Source: Prosthecochloris vibrioformis (GTDB lineage Bacteria; Pseudomonadota; Alphaproteobacteria; Sphingomonadales; Sphingomonadaceae). From it: 64,000 nt of DNA. Positions 27,477-35,620 of the stretch are shown one piece after another (the stretch's first letter is position 1; every line of letters begins with the position of its first letter). The notes beneath the pieces are model-generated. The model was not told the origin of the DNA, did no database searches, and was given only the letters and a program-made list of their open reading frames with translations. The position numbers and the translations under genes were made by a program. The DNA is taken from assembly GCA_943367575.1 (NCBI GenBank), contig CALRJR020000009.1, forward strand, positions 2,369-66,368, in the 5' to 3' direction.

Positions 27477-28711
27477 AGCATGCGGGACACAGTCACCGGA
27501 CGCACATCATGACAATTCTGACCGATCCCTTTTTCGACAGCCTCGGCACCTCGATCCTCGAAACGGTTGAGGCAGAGACGCTGCCCCCCGCCTGCTACAC
27601 CGATGAGGAATTCTACCGGTTCGAGAAAGAGGCGCTGTTCTACCGCGAATGGCTGTGCGTCGGGCGCGTCGAGTGGCTGGCGCAGCCGGGCGACTATTTC
27701 ACCACCACCCATGCCAATGAACCCTTGGTCATCGCAATGGATCGGGCGGGGGCGATCCAGGCCATGTCCTCGGTCTGCCAGCACCGCGCGATGCTGGTCG
27801 CGGAGGGCAAGGGCAATGCGCGCGGTTTTACCTGCCCCTATCATCACTGGTCCTATGACCTGGACGGCACGCTGATCGGCGCCCCGGCAATGGGTCGCAC
27901 GTGCAATTTCGACAAGCGCCAGCACAGCTTGCCGCGGCTCAAGGTCGAAACCTGGCACGGGTTCATCTTCGTCAATTTCGATCTTGAGGCCGCCCCGCTC
28001 GCGCCGCGCCTTGCGGGAATCGAGCCGGTGGTAGCCAATTACGACTTCGCATCACTGCGCGGACCCGAGCCGGCGTCGCATGAATTCGCCTGGAACTGGA
28101 AGGTCCAGTTCGAGAACAACAATGACGGCTATCATGCCAACCGCCTGCACAAGGGGCTGCATGATTATATCCCAAGCTCACTGGCAAGCTTTCCGCCGGT
28201 GCCGGAGGGGACGGCCGGCTATTACCGGCTGAACGGATCGACCCACGCCAATGCCAGCTTCAACCCGACCGGCAAGGCGCTGTTCCCGGTATTCCCAGCG
28301 CTGAGCGAGGAGGAGCAGAACCGGCTGTTGTTCGTCAATCTGCCCCCGTCGCTGTCGCTGGTGGTGCTCAACGATGTCGTCATCTACCTCATCATGGACG
28401 CCCGCTCGGCGAACACCCACGGCCTGACCTTTGGCAGCCTGTATCTGCCCGAAGCGATGGAGGCCCCCGACTTCGAGGAAAAGCGGCAGCTGAACGACGA
28501 ATACACCAGCCATATCGTCGCGCAGGATCTGCACGTCGATCTGCTGGTGCAGCAGGGCCTGAACTCCCGCTTCGCGCCGCGCGGCCGCTATAGCTGGCAG
28601 GAGGATGCGCAGCGCCAGTTCAACCTGTGGCTGGTCGAACGCTATCGCTCCGAATGGGACCGGCGGCGCGGACCCGCCGCGCCCATCAGTCGGATCCAGC
28701 GCGCATCCTGA
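27473..28711 (+). CDS. Rieske [2Fe-2S] non-haem-iron oxygenase, alpha subunit only
   Basis: The Rieske motif is CQHRAMLV..(17)..CPYHHWSY and the mononuclear iron motif is NNNDGYHANRLH. ATG 27473 overlaps the MFS stop (ATGA). The alternative ATG 27509 gives MTILTDPFF. Confidence 0.85.
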   Translation: MKHAGHSHRTHIMTILTDPFFDSLGTSILETVEAETLPPACYTDEEFYRFEKEALFYREWLCVGRVEWLAQPGDYFTTTHANEPLVIAMDRAGAIQAMSSVCQHRAMLVAEGKGNARGFTCPYHHWSYDLDGTLIGAPAMGRTCNFDKRQHSLPRLKVETWHGFIFVNFDLEAAPLAPRLAGIEPVVANYDFASLRGPEPASHEFAWNWKVQFENNNDGYHANRLHKGLHDYIPSSLASFPPVPEGTAGYYRLNGSTHANASFNPTGKALFPVFPALSEEEQNRLLFVNLPPSLSLVVLNDVVIYLIMDARSANTHGLTFGSLYLPEAMEAPDFEEKRQLNDEYTSHIVAQDLHVDLLVQQGLNSRFAPRGRYSWQEDAQRQFNLWLVERYRSEWDRRRGPAAPISRIQRAS

Positions 28712-28801
28712 TCCGCCCGCCTGAGCGGACCGACATCTTCTGCGGGTGACGCATGGTGCGTCGCCATCGCCATCCCCTGCCCGTTTCGAGGAGCACTTCG
28801 C

Positions 28802-29287
28802 ATGACCAACACGCTGATCTTCGTCGATCTCGCCAGCGACGACCCCGCCGCCGCAGCGACATTCTATGCCGATGTGTTTGGATGGGAGAACGACCCGCGC
28901 CCGCAGGGCATCTATCACCGCATGGTCCCGGGCGGCTTCTTCAAGCACAAGGACGGTAGCGACAGCCAGATCGGCAACCTTCACCTCGGCATCTTCGACG
29001 CGGCCAATGCGCGCCCGCACCCCGATCCGGCGGGAGTTGCTCCACGCGAACTGGCCGCGGCGGGACGCAAGGCGCGGATCTGGATCCTGATCGGCGACGA
29101 TGACAGCGCCGAACGGATTTTGGGCGCGGCCGAAAGCCGGGGTGCAACGATCCTGTGGCGCAATCACTATTGGGCCGAGTTCAACGGCTACAACCACGCC
29201 TTTGCCGACCCCTGGGGCAACGAGATCGTGCTGTGGGGTAAGGCCGGCGAGAATCCGCAGATTCCCGGGGATTTTACGCGCGAATAG
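28802..29287 (+). CDS. VOC (glyoxalase/bleomycin-resistance/dioxygenase) family protein
   Basis: It is 161 aa. The N-terminal strand LIFVDLASDDPAAAATFYADVFGWE is typical of VOC modules. GAGGAG lies upstream. Confidence 0.7.
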   Translation: MTNTLIFVDLASDDPAAAATFYADVFGWENDPRPQGIYHRMVPGGFFKHKDGSDSQIGNLHLGIFDAANARPHPDPAGVAPRELAAAGRKARIWILIGDDDSAERILGAAESRGATILWRNHYWAEFNGYNHAFADPWGNEIVLWGKAGENPQIPGDFTRE

Positions 29288-29343
29288 CGCATCGCACCAC
29301 CGCGCAAAAACAAGGACTTGTGCGCGGCGATACAAGACCTTCC

Positions 29344-29353
29344 GGCAATTGCC
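29344..29353. promoter_or_regulatory. perfect 10-bp palindrome GGCAATTGCC inside the operon gap
   Basis: It lies in the 145-nt gap between the VOC and LigB-type genes, 79 nt upstream of ATG 29432. A hairpin CCGCGCA..TGCGCGG lies just upstream, at about 29296-29322. Confidence 0.3.
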
Positions 29354-29431
29354 CGCCAAGTTTTGTCGGGTCGCAGACATCGGGGCGAAGAGGAAGGGCA
29401 TGATCGATCAGAACAGAAACGCGGTGGCACG

Positions 29432-30217
29432 ATGAGCCGGTTACCCGTCGTCTTCTTCGGCCATGGCAGCCCGATGATCGCGCTGGAGCAGAACCATGTC
29501 ACCCGCGCATGGCGGGCGATTGCGGACCGGATCGAGCGGCCACGCGCGATCCTGTGCATCTCGGCCCATTGGCTGACTCAGGGCACCGCCGTCACCGGTA
29601 TGGTCGCGCCGCGCACGATTCACGATTTCGGCGCCTCCTTTCCTCAGGCGCTGTTCGATGTCCAATATCCGGCGCGCGGGGATCCGGCGCTGGCGCAGCG
29701 CGTCGCAGAGCTGCTCGCGCCGATGCCGGTCGGGATTGATCGCGAATGGGGGCTGGACCACGGCACCTGGTCGGTGCTGCGCCATTGTTTCCCCGATGCC
29801 GATGTCCCGGTGATCCAGCTCGGCATGGACATCGCCAAGTCGCCGCTCGACCATTGGCAAGTGGGCGAACGGTTACGCCCGCTGCGCGACGAAGGGGTGC
29901 TGGTGATCGGCACGGGCAATATCGTCCATAATCTGCGCGAGATGGACTGGGGCAATCCCGATGCGCCGCCCTATCCATGGGCGGCCCGGTTCAACGCGGC
30001 GATGCTGAACGCAGTGGTCGAGGATCGGCCCGAGGCGGTGATCGACTATCGGTCTCTGGGCACCGATGCCACGCTGTCGGTGCCGCACCCGGACCATTTC
30101 TGGCCGCTGCTCTATGTGCTCGGCGCACGCCATCCGGGGGAGGCCGCCGTGCTCGACCCCGATTTCATCCATCATAAATCGCTCGGCATGACGAGCATCG
30201 TGATCGGCAGCGCCTGA
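29432..30217 (+). CDS. class III (LigB-type) extradiol ring-cleavage dioxygenase, YgiD / 4,5-DOPA dioxygenase-like
   Basis: ORF 29318..30217, with the start at ATG 29432. MSRLPVVFFGHGSPM and ILCISAHW are the N-terminal His-containing blocks of YgiD-type enzymes. Confidence 0.8.
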   Translation: MSRLPVVFFGHGSPMIALEQNHVTRAWRAIADRIERPRAILCISAHWLTQGTAVTGMVAPRTIHDFGASFPQALFDVQYPARGDPALAQRVAELLAPMPVGIDREWGLDHGTWSVLRHCFPDADVPVIQLGMDIAKSPLDHWQVGERLRPLRDEGVLVIGTGNIVHNLREMDWGNPDAPPYPWAARFNAAMLNAVVEDRPEAVIDYRSLGTDATLSVPHPDHFWPLLYVLGARHPGEAAVLDPDFIHHKSLGMTSIVIGSA

Positions 30218-30252
30218 CCGCGACCAGACTTCCAGTCCACAGGGGGAAAGAT

Positions 30253-31344
30253 ATGGGCCTCATCATCCCGCACGGCGCGATCCGCGATGCGATCCAGCCG
30301 ACCGCGCTCCACCGGCTGCGCGCGACGCCGGAAACGGTTCACTGGGGCTATTTCTCGCCCGAAATCGCGCCGGCACTGACCGTGCGCAGCGGCGACCTGA
30401 TCCAGGCGCAGGCGGTGACGCATCATGCCGGGGACGACCCCGAACTGATGTTCGACGACGACATCCGACGCATCTTTGCCGAGATCGACCCGGAGACACG
30501 CGCGCCCGGATGCCACATCATGACCGGCCCGATCTACGTCGAAGGTGCAGAGCCCGGCGACATGCTGGAGGTGCGCTATTTCGAGATGGTGCCCCGGTTC
30601 AACTATGGCTCGAACCTGCAGGCCAATTGGGGGCACCTCTATCAGGAATTCGGCGAGACCGAGCGGGTCACCATTTACCGCATCGATCCGGGCTCCAACA
30701 CCGCCAGCGCGCTCTATGCCTATGATGTCGAGGAGAAATATGTCGTGCCGGGGCGGATCACCAACTGCCCGGTCTGCGACCGTCAGCCCGCCCTGCCCGG
30801 AATCACCATTCCGGCGCGGCCGCACCTTGGCACAGCGGGCGTGGCACCGGCAGTGAACGAACCGGTCAGCACCATCCCGCCCGGCCTGCACGGCGGCAAT
30901 ATCGACAATTGGCGGATCGGCGCGGGCGCGCGCATGTATTATCCGGTCCAGGTCGCCGGTGGGCTGTTCTCGATCGGCGACCCGCATATCAGCCAGGGCG
31001 ATGGCGAGATCAGCGGCACCGCGATCGAAGCCTCGCTCGACGTGCTGTTCCAGATCGTGCTGCGCAAGGATTTCAGCTTCCCCTCGCCCCTGCTCGAAAC
31101 CGGCGATTGCTGGATCGTCCATGGCTTTGGCGCTGATCTCGACCAGGCGATGAAGAGTGCGTCGATCGACATGCTGCATTTGCTGACCGAGCATCAGGGG
31201 CTGTCGCGCACCGACGCCTATTCGCTGATGAGCGTGGCGAGCGATTTCGGCGTGACCCAGGTGGTCGACGGGACGCAGGGTATTCATTGCCGCATCGACC
31301 GGCGCATCTTCGGCGGCAAGGGGACCGTGCGTGACCCCGAATAA
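30253..31344 (+). CDS. acetamidase/formamidase family amidohydrolase (free-standing copy)
   Basis: AGGGGGA RBS upstream. It has the blocks TVHWGYF, AVTHHAGDDPE, GPIYVEGAEPGD, GGNIDNWR and GDPHISQGDGEISGTAIE. It is paralogous to the C-terminal half of 33190..35562. Confidence 0.85.
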   Translation: MGLIIPHGAIRDAIQPTALHRLRATPETVHWGYFSPEIAPALTVRSGDLIQAQAVTHHAGDDPELMFDDDIRRIFAEIDPETRAPGCHIMTGPIYVEGAEPGDMLEVRYFEMVPRFNYGSNLQANWGHLYQEFGETERVTIYRIDPGSNTASALYAYDVEEKYVVPGRITNCPVCDRQPALPGITIPARPHLGTAGVAPAVNEPVSTIPPGLHGGNIDNWRIGAGARMYYPVQVAGGLFSIGDPHISQGDGEISGTAIEASLDVLFQIVLRKDFSFPSPLLETGDCWIVHGFGADLDQAMKSASIDMLHLLTEHQGLSRTDAYSLMSVASDFGVTQVVDGTQGIHCRIDRRIFGGKGTVRDPE

Positions 31345-31374
31345 GCCCATAGCGGCAAGCGATTGCGACTGACG

Positions 31375-32376
31375 ATGCTGGCCCGGTTGCGCCTCGATCC
31401 GTTCCTGATGATCCTGCTGGCGGTGCTGGCGGTGGCAACGCTGCTGCCAGTGCGCGGCGGCGCGGCCATTGCCGCCGATCATTTGACCGACGTGGCGATC
31501 GCGCTGCTGTTCTTTCTGCACGGGGCGAAGCTGTCGCGGGCTGCGATCCTGGCAGGGATCGGCGCGTGGAAACTGCATCTGCTGGTGCTGAGCGCAACCT
31601 ACGCGCTGTTTCCGCTGCTCGGCCTCGCCATCGTAGCGGCGCTGGGCGGGGCGGTCGATCCGCTGGTGGCGATGGGGGTGCTGTACCTCGCCATCCTGCC
31701 CTCGACCGTCCAGTCGTCGATCGCCTTTACCGCCATCGCCGGGGGCAATGTCCCCGCCGCGATCTGCAGCGCGTCGCTGTCGAACATCCTGGGTATTCTG
31801 CTGACCCCGTTGCTAGCAGCCTGGCTGATCGGCGGACATGCGGCGGGCGGCGATTTCTTCGTCCAGGCGGTGACGTCGATCGCCACCCAATTGCTGCTGC
31901 CCTTCATCCTCGGCCATCTCGCCCGGCCGTGGATCGGCGGGTGGATCGACCGCCATCGCCAGCTGGTGACGCGGGTCGATCGCGGCGTGATCCTGCTGGT
32001 CGTCTACACCGCGTTCAGCGCCGCCGTGGTGGCGGGGTTGTGGACGCGGCTGTCGATCAGCGACCTAGCTACGATCGCGGCCATCTGCGCGGTCCTGCTG
32101 GCAGCAGTGCTGCTACTCACCCGGCTTGCCGCGCGGCTGGCCGGTCTGCCGCGCCCGGACGCCATCGTGCTGCTGTTCTGCGGATCGAAGAAAAGCCTGG
32201 CGAGCGGCGTGCCGGTGGCCGGGGCGCTGTTTCCCGCCGCACAGGTCGGCGTCGTGATCCTGCCGCTGATGCTGTTCCACCAACTGCAACTGATCGTCTG
32301 TTCGATCATCGCGGCGCGCCTGGCCCGCCAGAACGAACCCATCGAGGAGCCCGACCATGTCCGACGCACTGCTTGA
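31375..32376 (+). CDS. bile acid:sodium symporter (BASS) family transporter, YfeH-like
   Basis: ORF 31363..32376 opens with TTG, and the first ATG is at 31375 (MLARLRLDPFLMILL). It is a multi-TM protein. Confidence 0.8.
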   Translation: MLARLRLDPFLMILLAVLAVATLLPVRGGAAIAADHLTDVAIALLFFLHGAKLSRAAILAGIGAWKLHLLVLSATYALFPLLGLAIVAALGGAVDPLVAMGVLYLAILPSTVQSSIAFTAIAGGNVPAAICSASLSNILGILLTPLLAAWLIGGHAAGGDFFVQAVTSIATQLLLPFILGHLARPWIGGWIDRHRQLVTRVDRGVILLVVYTAFSAAVVAGLWTRLSISDLATIAAICAVLLAAVLLLTRLAARLAGLPRPDAIVLLFCGSKKSLASGVPVAGALFPAAQVGVVILPLMLFHQLQLIVCSIIAARLARQNEPIEEPDHVRRTA

Positions 32377-33169
32377 GATCCGGCCGATGACCCGCCAGAT
32401 CGGCGCGGAGATCTTCGGCGTCGACCTCAACCAGCCGCTCGACGAAGCGATGGTCGCCGCCATCCACGATGCGCTGATGGTGCATCAGGTGATCTTCTTC
32501 CGCGACCAGCACTTCACGCATGAGGAGCACAAGCGCCTCGGTCGCTATTTCGGCGATCTGGCCCTGCACAGCGGGGTCGCGGGCCTGCCTGACCATCCCG
32601 AAATCGTGGCGATCCATGCCGACGCCAACAGCACCTATATCGCCGGCGACAACTGGCATTCGGACCTCAGCGAATATGAAGAGCCGCCGATGGGTAGCAT
32701 CCTGTATATGCACACATTGCCTGACAGCGGCGGCGATACGCTGTTTTCGAGCATGTATGCCGCCTATGACGCGCTGTCCCCGGCGATGCGGGCGTTTCTC
32801 GACCCGCTGACCGCCGTGCATGATTCCAACCACATCTATCGCGAGCTGTTTCCCGACGTTCAGAAAACCTATCCCTGCAACACCCACCCGGTGGTGCGGA
32901 CGCATCCGGTGACCAAGCGCAAATGCCTGTTCGTGTCGGAATCCAAGACGACGCGGATCAACGGCCTGTCCAAGGCGGAAAGCAGCGCCGTGCTGCGCTT
33001 CCTGGCGGATCATGTGAAGGACCCGAATTTCCAGGTCCGCTTCCGCTGGCAACCGCATTCGGTCGCCTTCTGGGACAATCGCTGCACCCAGCATTTTGCG
33101 GTGTGGGACTATTTCCCCGATACGCGGTCGGGCACGCGGGTGACGATCAAGGGCGACCGGCCCTATTGA
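32357..33169 (+). CDS. TauD/TfdA-family Fe(II)/2-oxoglutarate dioxygenase (copy 1)
   Basis: GAGGAG RBS upstream, with a 20-nt overlap with the BASS gene. It aligns along its whole length with E. coli TauD as I recall it (DNWHSD iron motif, HPVVRTHPVT, FRWQPHSVAFWDNRCTQH). Confidence 0.88.
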   Translation: MSDALLEIRPMTRQIGAEIFGVDLNQPLDEAMVAAIHDALMVHQVIFFRDQHFTHEEHKRLGRYFGDLALHSGVAGLPDHPEIVAIHADANSTYIAGDNWHSDLSEYEEPPMGSILYMHTLPDSGGDTLFSSMYAAYDALSPAMRAFLDPLTAVHDSNHIYRELFPDVQKTYPCNTHPVVRTHPVTKRKCLFVSESKTTRINGLSKAESSAVLRFLADHVKDPNFQVRFRWQPHSVAFWDNRCTQHFAVWDYFPDTRSGTRVTIKGDRPY

Positions 33170-33189
33170 GGGCGATCAGGCGGCCAGCA

Positions 33190-35562
33190 TCAGGCGGTGA
33201 ACAGGGCCTTGCGGATGATCGCATGCACGCCCCAATTGCCGTTCACCACCTGAGACACCCCGAAATCGACCCCGACCGACAGCAGCGAGATCGCCTCGTC
33301 CTCGCTCAGCCCCTTGGTCGTGATCAGAAAGCGGCGCGCCTTGCGGAACGCATCGCGCATCGCCCCGTCGATGCTGCTTTTCTTGTAGACCTCGCTCTGC
33401 GCGTCCTCGCCGAGTTCCTTGAGGTAATCGGGGTGGCTGAAGCCCATGATGACCCATTCGCTCTCGGTCTCGATTAGCGGATAGTCGAGGTCGCGCAGGT
33501 GATCGCGCAACTCGCTCGCCGGGTGCAGCACCACCTGGATCAGCGCATTCATCGAACACTCGATCGCCGTGCCGCACAGTTCGGAATCGCCCTGTGAGGC
33601 GTGCGGATCGCCCAGCGACAACAGCCCGCCCGCGACCTGAACCGGAAGGAACACGCTCGATCCCGGCCCGGTGCGCCAATTGTCGAGATTGCCGCCAAAG
33701 CTGTTCGGCGGCACCGAATCGACCAGCCCGGAATGCGCCGGTGCCAGCGCGATCACGCCGAAATGCGGGCGGATCGGGATTTCAACATTGCGCAGGATTT
33801 CGTAATTCCGCTCGATCGTCGCGGGGTTCACCGGCACGCCGGGATAGTCGTAGCGGACATGGACCCGGCCCGACGGATCGGTCTGAGGCGTCCAGCGGAA
33901 ACTATACACCGCATGGGCGCTGGGCGGACGCGCGCCGCCATGTTCGACCTCGTAAATGGTGATGACCTCGCGCTGCTTCGGCTCGGTCAGCAGGTCGCTA
34001 TAGTGAAAGCCCCAGAAGGTCGCGGCATTGCTGCCGAACGCCTTGCCGGCAAAGCGCGGATTGCCGCTCTGCCGCGCCCTCAGGTCGAGGATGCGGACCT
34101 CGACGACATCGCCGGGCATTGCGCTCTGAATGGCGATCGGCCCGGTGCAGATATGGACGCCGAACCCCTCGCCCGGCCCGCGCCCGACCGCGCTCGCATC
34201 CATCGGCCCGGCACCGCGCCGGTCGATCGCCTTGTGATGATGGTCCCAATGGAACACGCTTTCGGCAGCGGGATCGCCCTGCACCATCCGTTCGGGATCG
34301 TCATTGGCGTGATGGGTCAGGGTCTCGACCGAGACGAAATCGCCCGACCGGATCGTCAGCACGGGTTTCAGCGCGCGACTGAAATAGCCCCAATGCACCG
34401 TCTGTGGATTGGCCGGGAGGTGATGGTGCCGCACGGGTTCGGTGACCGGTGGCGCATCGTCCCCGCCCGGTGCCACCGCATCAGCATCAGCCTCAGCATC
34501 CGCATCAGCTTCGGGCACAACCGCCAGGGTCCGGTCACGCCGCGCGGGGCGACCCCGGCGCGGCATCTCCTCGGGCGGTGCATCCCCCACGCCCTTGCGA
34601 TACTCGCGCGGCGACACGCCATATTGCTCACGAAACGCGCGGCTGAACGACGCGCTATCGTTGAACCCCCATTGGAACAGAATATCGGAGATCGACTTCT
34701 GGACATGCAGCGGGCTGCGCAGGTCGAGCCGACAGCGTTCGAGCCGCCGCACCTTCACATAATGGCCAAAACTGTCGTCGATCGATTCGAACAGCTTTTG
34801 CAGATAGCGCGGCGAAATGCCGTGTTCGGTGGCGATCTGCTGATAATTCAGGTTGGGATCGCTCAGCCGCATCTCGATCGTCTGGAAAATCCGCTCCAGC
34901 AGTCCCGCGCGCATGCCGGCGGCACCGCCCATCGCCTTTGGCGGCGCATTGTCCAGCAGTGCGGACAGCAGAAACTCCGGGAGCGCCAGTTCCACCGGCC
35001 GGGCATGATCGGTCGTCATGTCCATGATCGTGTCGGCAAGCGATCGGAGCATCCCGGCGAACACCCGCCCCGCCCCCGCCTCGGCCGCAATCCGGCGGGG
35101 ATGATCGGGCAACGGCGCCTTGAGCCGCGCGGTGATGATCGCCGGCGGCAAGCGGACGATCAGCACGCGATTGTCGCCGGAGGAGACGAACCGTGCGACG
35201 GATTCGCTCCGCGCGGCCATCAGGTCGCCGTCGACCAGCTCGCTCTCACCCGTCGCCGTCGTCACCCGTGCGCTGCCGTCCATCATCAGCGTCAGCCACA
35301 GGCCGCCCGGCTCTTCGCTGAAATCCAGCGCCCAGCCCTGGGCCGTGCCGGTCAGACGGATGAAATCGATCCCCTGCCCGCTGCGAAAATGGACAAGCTC
35401 GCCATAGGGATCGTCGAGCACCTGCTCGAGCGTGATCGAAAGCCGTTGCAATGCGAAGCGCCATGCGTCGCGGCGCTGTTCGCGGGGATAGGCGTTGGTA
35501 GTAAAACGCAACGAACAATGGTCCCTGGTTGCAGGCCCTGCTCCTTGCCCGGCCGATCTCAT
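33190..35562 (-). CDS. AraC-family transcriptional regulator fused to a complete acetamidase/formamidase domain (790 aa)
   Basis: This is a single uninterrupted ORF, with ATG 35562 verified. Residues about 1-220 form an AraC-type effector region. Residues about 225-323 form the dual HTH (ISPRYLQKLF..., FNDSASFSRAFREQYGVSPREYRK). Residues about 324-377 form an acidic/Pro-rich linker with EADADAEADADA. Residues about 378-790 form the formamidase family domain (TVHWGYF, TLTHHANDDPE, GGNLDNWR, GDPHASQGDSELCGTAIE). Confidence 0.8.
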   Translation of the reverse strand: MRSAGQGAGPATRDHCSLRFTTNAYPREQRRDAWRFALQRLSITLEQVLDDPYGELVHFRSGQGIDFIRLTGTAQGWALDFSEEPGGLWLTLMMDGSARVTTATGESELVDGDLMAARSESVARFVSSGDNRVLIVRLPPAIITARLKAPLPDHPRRIAAEAGAGRVFAGMLRSLADTIMDMTTDHARPVELALPEFLLSALLDNAPPKAMGGAAGMRAGLLERIFQTIEMRLSDPNLNYQQIATEHGISPRYLQKLFESIDDSFGHYVKVRRLERCRLDLRSPLHVQKSISDILFQWGFNDSASFSRAFREQYGVSPREYRKGVGDAPPEEMPRRGRPARRDRTLAVVPEADADAEADADAVAPGGDDAPPVTEPVRHHHLPANPQTVHWGYFSRALKPVLTIRSGDFVSVETLTHHANDDPERMVQGDPAAESVFHWDHHHKAIDRRGAGPMDASAVGRGPGEGFGVHICTGPIAIQSAMPGDVVEVRILDLRARQSGNPRFAGKAFGSNAATFWGFHYSDLLTEPKQREVITIYEVEHGGARPPSAHAVYSFRWTPQTDPSGRVHVRYDYPGVPVNPATIERNYEILRNVEIPIRPHFGVIALAPAHSGLVDSVPPNSFGGNLDNWRTGPGSSVFLPVQVAGGLLSLGDPHASQGDSELCGTAIECSMNALIQVVLHPASELRDHLRDLDYPLIETESEWVIMGFSHPDYLKELGEDAQSEVYKKSSIDGAMRDAFRKARRFLITTKGLSEDEAISLLSVGVDFGVSQVVNGNWGVHAIIRKALFTA
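34478..34512 (-). repeat. short imperfect tandem repeat encoding EADADAEADADA in the interdomain linker
   Basis: The plus strand reads gcatcagcatcagcctcagcatccgcatcagcttc (6-nt and 18-nt periodicity). Confidence 0.7.
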
Positions 35563-35620
35563 GTCGGCCTCAAGGCAAAGCTAGTCAGGATCGCCGATCG
35601 CGGTCAATCGCATTCTCGGA

